From Octopus bimaculoides (lineage: Eukaryota), in the NCBI RefSeq assembly GCF_001194135.2, contig NC_068991.1:50161734-50207605 (forward strand): 45,872 bases of DNA. The letters are read 5' to 3'. Under the pieces are notes generated by a model. It did not search any database. It was not told the DNA's origin and saw nothing but the letters and a program-made list of their open reading frames with translations. Each line of letters begins with the position of its first letter. Position 1 is the stretch's first letter. Of the stretch, positions 36,490 to 45,872 are shown piece by piece. The translations under genes and the position numbers were made by a program.

Positions 36490-36538
36490 GTTGTTGGTAT
36501 GAGTACTGTGCTATCTGCACAATACTCATGCCAACAAC
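36490..36538. repeat. 22 bp hairpin with 5 nt loop
   Basis: GTTGTTGGTATGAGTACTGTGC-TATCT-GCACAATACTCATGCCAACAAC; one G.U and one C.A pair on the + strand. Confidence 0.95.
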
Positions 36539-36859
36539 ATAATTATTTCATTGTATAATTAAAACAGATTAGCTAATAACATACACTCCTGTTCAACTCA
36601 TCTTTTGATTTTCCTATATCGTCTTATTTCATTTCCTTCGAAACGCTTTGTTGATTGGCTCTCTGTATCAACAGTTTAGTACTACAAACCATTCAGTGAG
36701 TTACGCTCATTTTGAGATCGGATTTAGATGAGGTAATTAAACAAACAATATATGAAAGTATTAACCTGCATGAAAGAAATCTCTCACCCACTCTTTTTCT
36801 GTCTGTTTGTCTGTCTCTCTTTCTCTCTCTCCCCTCCTCTCTCTCTCTCTCTCTCTCCC

Positions 36860-36904
<45 letters not shown>

Positions 36905-37620
36905 TCCTCCTTTTCCTCTGTTGCTGAACAATTAACTAAGGAAAACACACATCCTCAGAAATGTCTTTTAAGCTATCAACTAACTTCTCTCTTTAAGAAA
37001 CGTCTAACTTCTTACAATGTTAAATTTAGCTTAAATTACTTGTCCAAGTTATACCATGAGGACAATTACAAGGAAGGTTCAAATACCGCTAACAACGACT
37101 AGAACTTTATAACAATCTAGATGTGATTGTCTCCCCTTTAATTGTTAGCCACCAGGTGACACACCACGTATTATATCTAATTATCTTGAAATGAAGTGGA
37201 GTTAGTTATTCATACCCACTTGTCCATTCAGCCTTCCTCGACCGACAACTAGCATTTCATCTCTAGTTGAAGTACTTTCCTGGCACTTACTCATAACTTC
37301 AAGAAAATACTCTTTCGGAATCATATTCTCATATTCCAAAAGGCTAAGATTTTAGAAATATGTTACATGTTTATACTATTCCTTTACTTTTTATTTATTA
37401 CTTTCTACATCAAAAAACTTCGATGATTTAGTTAAAGCTTAGAACTAATCAAGTTTTGTCTGTTCGAATTGTACAATCACTAAAATTAAGAACTGCAGCA
37501 TCGGAACCAAATATAATTTTGCACATCCTTTTGTTGTTATTGTTGTTGTTAGACAGATCCATTAAAACACGCAGAATTGTTTTGTAACTGTTTTCATGTA
37601 TGTATTTACATGCATGTTTG

Positions 37621-37653
<33 letters not shown>

Positions 37654-38056
37654 NNNNNNNNNNNNNNNNNNNNNNNNNNNNNNNNNNNNNNNNNNNNNNN
37701 NNNNNNNNNNNNNNNNNNNNNNNNNNNNNNNNNNNNNNNNNNNNNNNNNNNNNNNNNNNNNNNNNNNNNNNNNNNNNNNNNNNNNNNNNNNNNNNNNNNN
37801 NNNNNNNNNNNNNNNNNNNNNNNNNNNNNNNNNNNNNNNNNNNNNNNNNNNNNNNNNNNNNNNNNNNNNNNNNNNNNNNNNNNNNNNNNNNNNNNNNNNN
37901 NNNNNNNNNNNNNNNNNNNNNNNNNNNNNNNNNNNNNNNNNNNNNNNNNNNNNNNNNNNNNNNNNNNNNNNNNNNNNNNNNNNNNNNNNNNNNNNNNNNN
38001 NNNNNNNNNNNNNNNNNNNNNNNNNNNNNNNNNNNNNNNNNNNNNNNNNNNNNNNN
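37654..38056. other. Assembly gap
   Basis: N run. Confidence 1.
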
Positions 38057-38215
38057 ATTGTGGTTTTGGAGTCAGGATTTTGACTGCTATTTTTTCAGCG
38101 TGGTGGTATCTCTTGATACCCTGTATTATAATTTTAAATAAATATTACCTTTGATGGTTTTTATTCCCATGCTGACCACTTGATAAGATCAATATTTTAA
38201 ATACCGATCTTATCC

Positions 38216-38265
<50 letters not shown>

Positions 38266-38314
38266 GTATATGTACGTATATATTTAGGCATACTTATATA
38301 TATGTATGTACTCT

Positions 38315-38372
38315 TCTATTTTTCATTATCTGAAATCTTCTTCAGTGAAGGTTTCAGATAATGAAAAATAGA
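38315..38372. repeat. 26 bp hairpin with 6 nt loop
   Basis: TCTATTTTTCATTATCTGAAATCTTC-TTCAGT-GAAGGTTTCAGATAATGAAAAATAGA; the only non-Watson-Crick pair is a U.G on the + strand. Confidence 0.95.
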
Positions 38373-38823
38373 TACAAAACGCTGGAATGAAGATAGCAAA
38401 AACGGATTCACATTTTAAAGTTGAGAAATATCTTGCATATTTTTACTGTTTCACTTACACAGATTGTGTTTGTAGAGTGTGAATTAGCTGGTTGATTTCT
38501 TTTTCTGAAAACTCTAGTTTACCCAGATTGTCACTTAAGCATTTACTCACAAAACCAAGTGCACCAGTTATTATTGGTATAAATATGAATTCATAATCTG
38601 GATACGGAAGATGGCGGGTTCGAAGCAGTTGTCTGTAATTATCTTCTTTCATTTTTGAAGAGGTATTTCCATCAGCAGGACAGCTGTCCTCTATGACGCT
38701 ACACACTTTTCTTCTCTGTCTCAAACAATAATATTCCGCCAGTTATGTTTACACTTGACAGAAGTTTTGATCATAAATGTTCCACCAATATTCCTTGTGT
38801 TGATGTTTGTGTATGTATTCAAT

Positions 38824-39217
38824 TGTTGTTGTTGTTGGCACTCCGTCGCTTACGACGTTGAGGGTTCCAGTTTATCCGATCAACGGAACAGCCTGCTCGT
38901 GAAATTAACGTGCAAGTGGCTGAGCACTCCACAGACACGTGTACCCTTAACGTAGTTCTCGGGGATATTCAGCGTGATACAGTGTGACAAGGTTGACCCT
39001 TTGAATTACAGGCACAACAGAAACAGGAAGAAAGAGTGAGAGAAAGTTGTGGTGGAAGAGTACAGCAGAGTTCACCACCATCCCCTGCCGGAGCCTCGTG
39101 GAGCTTTTAGGTGTTTTCGCTCAATAAACACTCACAACGCCCGGTGTGGGAATCGACACCACGATCGATCTTATGACCGCGAGTCCGCTTCCCTAACCAC
39201 TGGGCCATTGCGCCTCC
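38824..39217 (-). mobile_element. Full-length tRNA-derived SINE family C with (CAA)n tail and 12 bp TSD
   Basis: Reverse-strand head GGCGCAATGGCCCAGTGGTTAGGG..GTGTCGATTCCC; perfect TSD TATGTATTCAAT (38812-23, 39218-29). Confidence 0.9.
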
Positions 39218-40036
39218 TATGTATTCAATAACAGGGTGATTTTCTATAGTTATTCTAGAACAGTCTTTTTTCTTGAATGGCACTGTATATTGTTTTTTCG
39301 GCTAAGTCGTGTTGCATAGGGACATTTTGATGACATTTTCAGGCAGTTGCTAATCACCTGTGATTAGCAGAAATATGACTTAAACTACATTTTCGGTTGC
39401 ATCATGAAATTTCAAGGGCTTCATTGTCTCTTTTGATTGCTAGGTATTTCGTAGCAATTTCCTATTTTGGATTGCAAATGCATAACCTTCGAAGTATATG
39501 ATGTAGCGGTCCAAGAGAGGCTACACTTCATGTCAATATTATTGTCTTCGTCAAGTCATCGAGAAACACCTATGCATAGCCGTTTTTGGTATGCTTTCTT
39601 ATAATTATGCCATACTATCATAAGGCTTCTACGGTGTTTTCTTACTTCAGATAGTAGAGACTTCTTTATCAAAGGTTGTTTGGCACATAGCATGCTCTTT
39701 TATTTCCACCTGCCTGTTCATCAGTCTCTATGTTGTTGGGCTCCGAACGATCCTGTTAAGAACTGGTTGAGGCAGCTTGTATACAGTTTGTACATAAATA
39801 TAAACTTGTTGCCAGTTTAAATATGCTGTGAGTGGTTGCGCTAATTGGCGGCGGGCACTCCGAACTGACTTGGTGTGTTTGCACCTATTTGTCTAGCGAG
39901 AATTTTTTTTCTTGACAAAATGCAATGAATGGCTTTCTTGCGGGTTCGAATATCTGAACCGGCAATAGGTTTATATTTACTTAGCGCTTCGAAGCATTGT
40001 ATAATATTTTGGCAGCCTATGGGTCAGCAGTTTTCT

Positions 40037-40262
40037 TATTTCTTTATTGCCCACTAGGGGCTAAACATAGAGGAGACAAACAAGGACAGACAAAGAGATT
40101 AAGTCGATTACATCGACCCCAGTGCATAACTGGTACTTAATTTCATCAAAGGATGAAAAGCAAAGTCGACTTCGGCGGAATTTGAACTCAGAACGTAACG
40201 CAGACGAAATACCGCTAAGCATTTCGCCCGGCGTGCTAACGTTTCTGCCAGCTCACTGCCTT
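40037..40262 (-). mobile_element. SINE family A with alternative 3' tail and 12 bp TSD
   Basis: TSD CAGCAGTTTTCT (40025-36) / CAGCAGTCTTCT (40263-74); tail ..GGGCAATAAAGAAATAA differs from the CTTGTGCCAAAA tail. Confidence 0.9.
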
Positions 40263-41170
40263 CAGCAGTCTTCTGATAACTCGGACGTTTCATTCTTGAT
40301 CACAAGATAGGTCCGTGCTGTAGCAAGGCAATTTCGTGTGTCAAACTGACCCTCCGAATTCATTATGAATGTACACATTAATGGTTTTCTGTAAAATGTC
40401 GGGCTCTTGTGCCAATATCTAGATGTCAGGCCTCTTCCATGTACCTTCCCATTATTCAGTTTTCCTACAGCTATATTGAAAGCTTCTGGGTCAATTGTAT
40501 ATGTTTTACTTTCGATGTTTGTACAATATTCTTACATAAATGTATTTAGCCATGATGCATTAAGGTTGAAATCCCTCTTTTCATTCTAGATTTTAGGCCA
40601 GAATGATTCAAGCTCTTCTTGAGAGCGGGTTTTCTTGACAGTAATGTTTTCCTCTCCCATCTTTCTGCATAATATCTGTTAGTTGGAAGCTAACTTGGGA
40701 TGTACGCTGTTTTTTTTTTCAAAAATTCGCCTGCGGTAGCGGAGTTTTTCATTCAGTCCTGAATTTGTGTTTTAGAGCAATTAACTTTTCCTCAAGAGCT
40801 GCGTATGAAAAATAACCATAGAGTCTTGTTAATTTATAGCTATTATATAATTGGTATGGTGTAAACTCATTATTTCCCTTACATTTCATTGTCGTAGTTA
40901 ACAATCCAATATGGCGGCGGAGATTGTTGTTTTCTATTTAGGTTGATTCTGTTTAGTAGTTCCATTAACATGTATACCGAAGATTTTTTCTTGATTTTCT
41001 TTTAAGAGTGTTCGCAGCTGTGTATATCAAGGTATTCATATTCCTGTAATTATCATCACCTGATTCCATGTTTTCTCTAGCGACATCGTCGATAACTTTC
41101 AACGTCAGAGCAGTTAGACATTTTCTGAATGTTGTGAAGAATGACCTGTCATTCAACGATAATTTCATAC

Positions 41171-41275
41171 GTACATATGTATGTATGCATGTATGTATGT
41201 ATGTATGTATGTATGTATGTATGTATGTATGTATGTATGTATGTATGTATGTATGTATGCATTTATGTATGTATT
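41171..41275. repeat. (TATG)n
   Basis: Directly visible, abuts the 5' end of the R4/Dong remnant. Confidence 0.95.
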
Positions 41276-42029
41276 TATAAGCTTGCAACTTACTTTAGGC
41301 TTTCTAGTTGGATGTATTAATTCTCTTACATTTAGACAAAGGTGTGTATATGTTACAATCTACCGCCTGTCACCGACCCCTTCCCCCGCCACTACAAACA
41401 ACAGTCCGTGTGTATATCTAAAACGTTAACATTAAGGTGTCCTCATTTATCGTATAATCTGAGCTGCGCATCATGAATAACTTCGGTTGCAATCGAATAG
41501 AGACGGGTATTGAAAATCATTTATTGGCATCGAGACAAGCTTTGTTGCTTTAGTTACACATTTTGAATTCTTTTATTTAACACTAAGCGTAGTATCACAG
41601 ACAAATTCCATTATTTTTATTATTATATCTCTATATTGTGTAATTATTAAAATTCTGCCTATATTAACTCAACTCTGTACAAAAAAAAACATATAATAGA
41701 AAATAGGTGTTCAATGTCCTGGTTGCAACATGAAAAGAAAACAGTATATAAATTACAGTGAAATACGAGCTGAAGCTACACTTATTGATTTCTCTATTTT
41801 ATTTGGAATACTAAATAGCAATTATCAATGTATTTGGTTTCTCTCACATTCTGACTCTTTGCATAACACCAGCATTACTTTGTACCCAAATGACCAATAA
41901 TTTTATGTTTCTCAAAAACATAATGTCATTATTGTGCTTGTGGGAATAATAACTTTTCTGGATCCGCAATTATGCATATACGTATGTTTGTACGTTTGTT
42001 TGTACACTCATAAATACATACATACATAC

Positions 42030-42205
<176 letters not shown>

Positions 42206-42437
42206 GTATGTCTTCAGTTCAGTTTAATAAAGATTCTCATTTACCTCAAGGTGGTCACTAATAATGTGACGAGTCTTTGAGTCCATCCAGTTCCAAGGAT
42301 TTGTGAATATCTAAGTTAATATGTATGAATATGTGTATATATGTTAGTGTGTATATAGATATACTTGGTATCATCTAATAGACGTACATATTTCCTAAAT
42401 ACACTAGTGCGTGCGTGTGTGTGTGTGTGTTTGTGTT

Positions 42438-42516
<79 letters not shown>

Positions 42517-42564
42517 TTACTAACTATGTATGTGTCTATGCCATGCGCACACATGTGATTGTAT

Positions 42565-43250
42565 GTATATGTTCATTCCAGGAAATTCGAATGGAGAATC
42601 TTTGGAATGTATTAAAAATCTTCAGTGTACCAATAATCGATTGGATTTGGAGGATGTGAGTAAGTCTGTTTTGTTCTTTCTTGGAAAACCTTAGAATTTC
42701 CAGGTTTTTATACAAATCTTGAGGCATCTATGATAGCAGGTAGAAATGAGAATCTGCAGCTTGAATACAAAAACTGTGAGTTTCACATTAGTAGACCATA
42801 GATATTCTTGTTTCCACAACTTCAGACAAGATATTCACATCTGTCTGGCTACTGATTCCGCCACCAGTGCAAGTCTTTCGTAATCTGTCTCAGAGAAGTA
42901 TATTAGTCTTACTGCGTCTGTACCGGTCTACTGTTGTTCCTACTGGAATGTTTCACCAGTAGCAGTCCATACTTTATGAATTTAGGAAGATATTGTTGCT
43001 CTACTGTGTCTTATCACTGACTATCTGGAAATTCTTCCGCGGATAACATAAATAATTATGTCATCAATGTCATATCTCGCGGAAAGGTTTGGACATTGTA
43101 AACGATTCTTTGCAGCTATACTGATGACGAATACGATATCTTCCACACTGATATTACATAATCGATATTACAGCGTAAGGTTTTGGAGGCAGATTTATAT
43201 CTCTTACTGATCGAATACTTAGTCGCTATCAGCAGCTCTTGAATTGTGAA
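42565..43250 (-). mobile_element. Second R4/Dong-clade remnant (CCHC region + RLE domain)
   Basis: Minus strand RLCNISVEDI; YW*NIPVGTT; DRLRKTC..ISSQTDVNI; FSFLPAII; LYKNLEILRFSKKEQNRLTHILQIQSIIGTLKIFNTFQRF. Confidence 0.8.
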
Positions 43251-43434
43251 TACGTATGTATGTATGCATGTATGTACGTGTGTGTGTATGTATGTATGTA
43301 TGTATGTATGTATGTATGTATGTATGCATGCATGTATATGTGTGTATGTATGTATGTATGTATGCATGCATGTATGTATGTGTGTGTATGTATGTGCATG
43401 AGCTTCTATGTATGTGGGTATGTGTGTAATGTAT

Positions 43435-43655
43435 GCGGAGACAGGCATGGTCAAGTGGTAAACGAGTTGCCTTTGCAACCATGACGTCCAAGTTTCGAGC
43501 TCACTTAACATTGGGTCGACCGATGCCTTGCCAGTAAAATTAGGTCACACACTGTGGCATACACAATTGTTATTCAAGAATGATCTTAAGGGTTCAATAT
43601 ATCCGTGATATACTCAGCCACATACTCGCTAATTCAATGAGTAGGTCATCGAAAC
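43435..43655 (+). mobile_element. Ancient tRNA-derived SINE with family C core
   Basis: A-box-like GGCATGGTCAAGTGGT; core TTAAGGGT..CTCAGCCAC..TAATTCAATGAGTAGG. Confidence 0.55.
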
Positions 43656-43659
43656 AGTT

Positions 43660-43840
43660 ACAATATTCTACAAAATAGGTCTTACAGCTGTTTCCAGGAT
43701 ATTTATTACATCCCTTCATCGGAGACGGTGTGAGAGGATGGTTAAGCAATAGTTAATTTAGACAAGATAGGAAATAGAGAGTGAATTGGAGGAACGAAAA
43801 TAGATGTGAGATATGCAGGGATATTGTATTTATAAATCCA
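43660..43840 (-). mobile_element. Penelope-like terminal (pLTR) fragment
   Basis: Carries CCGATGAAGGG..GGAAACAGCTGTAAGAC on the minus strand. Confidence 0.55.
43679..43726 (-). ncRNA. Type I minimal hammerhead ribozyme fold
   Basis: Minus strand GTCT-CCGATGA-A-GGGATGT-AATAA-ATATCCT-G-GAAAC-AGCT-GTA-AGAC: 4 bp stem I, 7 bp stem II, palindromic ACAGCTGT stem III, GUA triplet. Confidence 0.7.
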
Positions 43841-43863
43841 TTGTTTAGGCAGAATGGTATACA

Positions 43864-43985
43864 ATAAGATTCCAATACCTTATGAGTAAAATCCAATAGT
43901 CTTTAAAATTGCTCATTGTATTTGTAAATCCATTATTAAGATTCCAATACCCTATGAGTAAAATCCAACAGTCTTTAAAATTGGT
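43864..43985. repeat. ~50 bp direct duplication at ~70 bp period
   Basis: AAGATTCCAATACC.TATGAGTAAAATCCAA.AGTCTTTAAAATTG occurs twice. Confidence 0.9.
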
Positions 43986-44064
43986 CGTTCCATATACACA
44001 GTGTTATTGAATCAAGGGTTCTATTGAAAGTGACCTAAAAGTAGGGAATGTATTAGTAAGGTCA

Positions 44065-44094
44065 AATATATATGTATATATATACATATGTATG

Positions 44095-44192
<98 letters not shown>
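44065..44192. repeat. (TA)n/(TG)n
   Basis: Directly visible. Confidence 0.95.
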
Positions 44193-44193
<1 letters not shown>

Positions 44194-44929
44194 ATAAGGT
44201 CTTCAAAAGAACTTATCAACATTTTTATTTATATTATATTGGTGATTTCCAGTAAACATTAGTTTCTTCAAAATCGTGCATTACTGGCATAAAATATGGG
44301 TTTATAGGAGAAAATGGAAGGCAAAAGTTAAATATTCTTTTTCTTGATTGGTTGGTTGGTTGGTTGGTTGAAAGTTCTGTTTGTTGGTCGAATGAATAAC
44401 TATCTCAGGTCACTGATTCATTAAACTTGCTGCGAACTCTGCACAGCAATGTCCAGGATCTGCATTAATTTCAAATATACATGACGAAACGCATCCAATC
44501 ATGATAGGTAGAACGCTTTACACACATATATACAGAATATTTATATTTAACTGAATTTTAATCCGATGCTTTACGTTGAACAGTTATTACATTTATCTCC
44601 GGAAATAACGCTGATATCTTGCTTCTAGAAAAGAAAGATGGGAGAAGTGACCCGACAAGTTAATGATTCAACAACAACACTACATTAACGACTGCGAAGG
44701 ATTAAACGTTAATGTGAATTAGGAACTAATCACACGAAATTGTTCATCACCCCGACTGACAATGACTGGCCATTGGCTGTTGGTTAGTTACGGGATTTTG
44801 TCACGTGCCAGAATGATTCAGTTGTACATCAATTATTTCATCCTTAACCGAGCAGAACTTTACAAGCGGGTAATCTCTCCGTCAGAGAAACACATTAAAA
44901 TTATATCTGTGCGTGTGTGTATGATGTGT

Positions 44930-45030
44930 NNNNNNNNNNNNNNNNNNNNNNNNNNNNNNNNNNNNNNNNNNNNNNNNNNNNNNNNNNNNNNNNNNNNNNN
45001 NNNNNNNNNNNNNNNNNNNNNNNNNNNNNC
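44930..45030. other. Assembly gap (probably hides the 3' TIR of the mariner)
   Basis: N run. Confidence 1.
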
Positions 45031-45849
45031 TCCATTTGAAGCAATGCATCGGTCCAGGCGCGTTTTCCACTATTCGAAGTAGAGCGGGAACTCTTGCGAT
45101 GTGGTACCTTTTAACGCCTCCGTCGTTTTCTTTTTCACCTCTTCCACATCTGCGAATTCCGTAGCACCAGCTTTCGTTACCAGTAATTAACTTCGAAAAA
45201 AGGCTCAGATCAATTTCCAAATGTTCTTTCAGTTCACGACACGCATTCAATGGTGACTACTCTTGATCTTCCGTGAGCAAGCGTGACACAAATTTTGCTC
45301 CATTTCTTTTCATTCTCAATTCCTCGCTCAAAATTCGTTGGTAGGAGCTCCAGGACACACCTGTCATATCAACAAGTTCGTCAGTTATTCGGTGACGGTC
45401 CTCCAAGATTATTTCATGAATTTATGAATTTTCGTATTTTCATTCGTTCAGGAGGTCAACGGTCGTCCTGAACGAGATTGGTTTTCAAGCGACAAGTGAC
45501 CACTCCTAAAAAGTGGAAACCACCCATAAATCTCTGTTTTGTTCAATGTAGCGTCCTTGTAAGCTGTTTCAGGCATAACAACTGTTTCGGCCGTCGTTTT
45601 GTCCAGCAGAAAACAGAATTTCACGGAAGCACGCAGTTCCTTTGTTTCAGCAATCGTAAAAATTGCCGAACAGAGGAGAGGCCGTGCAAAACAAAGACGC
45701 ACCACGTGATAGTACGACATCAGCAGAAGACGTCGGTTGGCAAACTGGTGATTGAGGGAAGCATCAAATGGTATCTAGCGGCGGAAGCCTGAACTACAAC
45801 GGACTTGTCCCACAGAGAACGTTTCCGGTTACTTTTAGGTACCTTCTCG
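45031..45849 (-). mobile_element. Internally deleted mariner (irritans-like) element
   Basis: 5' end TA|CGAGAAGGTACCTAAAAGTAACCGGAA; N-terminal ELRASVKFCFLLDKTTAETVVM..SGRPLTS; LITGNESWCYG joined at ~45157 to C-terminal FADVEEVKKKTTEALKG..*WKTRLDRCIASNG. Confidence 0.85.
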
Positions 45850-45872
45850 TATATATATATATATATATATAT

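Larger units (their letters stand above)
35700..36538 (-). mobile_element. 5'-truncated RTE-type LINE ORF2 remnant interrupted by a SINE
   Basis: Minus-strand YCADSTVLIPTTEKDPQTLV (YADD region, ~36450-36525), QVDWFKYLGT, IREIKSKIGQ, FLRRMLKIFYTE. Confidence 0.7.
38310..41170 (-). mobile_element. Decayed, internally deleted R4/Dong-clade non-LTR retrotransposon (RT + CCHC region + restriction-like endonuclease + 3'UTR), split by two SINEs
   Basis: Minus strand in order: NTLIYTAA (~41000); WLNTF..YCTNIESKTYTID..RYWHK (~40400-40560); MYKLYTSCLNQFL..DEQAGG..EVRKHRR..YKKA (~39580-39800); EGYAFAIQ, VISNCLKMSS, QHDLAEKTIY (39250-39500); EYWWNI..KCKHN..DSCPAD..FIPIITGALG (38455-38800). Confidence 0.85.

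Noticed and set aside
38057-38154. CGFGVRILTAIFSAWWYLL after the gap as K2P exon 2
   Set aside because: GFG is followed by nothing like MTTP.T..GK..LIFYG and the frame closes quickly
43176-43200. AAG|GTTTTGGAGGC as a phase-1 GFG exon start
   Set aside because: Continues GRFIS.., has no polypyrimidine tract and lies in the antisense R4/Dong remnant

Overview
Eukaryotic, AT-rich, microsatellite-dense genomic DNA with seven N-gaps. The SINE/LINE repertoire and (TACA)n/(GATA)n/(CA)n density suggest an octopus, possibly a short-read Octopus bimaculoides-type scaffold (inference). One host gene is visible: the first coding exon (6722-7061, +) of a THIK-subfamily two-pore-domain K+ channel (KCNK13/KCNK12-like). 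It ends in a phase-1 GT donor inside the pore-1 TIG|FG motif, and no second exon was found, so the remaining ~38.8 kb is probably intron 1. The rest is decayed mobile DNA: two internally deleted Tc1/mariner elements, a hAT-type MITE, two large R4/Dong-type (restriction-like endonuclease) LINE remnants plus a 3'UTR fragment, Tx1/L1 and RTE LINE remnants, Penelope-like termini and at least four tRNA-derived SINE families. Most ORF-track entries are microsatellite or gap artefacts. Best leads: three Penelope-type minimal hammerhead ribozyme folds (two share a CCGAUGA core, one is sense in the channel intron), R4/Dong copies that all sit in (TACA)n in the same orientation, three near-perfect 22-26 bp hairpins, and closely spaced inverted SINEs that could be ADAR substrates. 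All alignments and folds were done by eye; none of these leads is computationally or experimentally confirmed.
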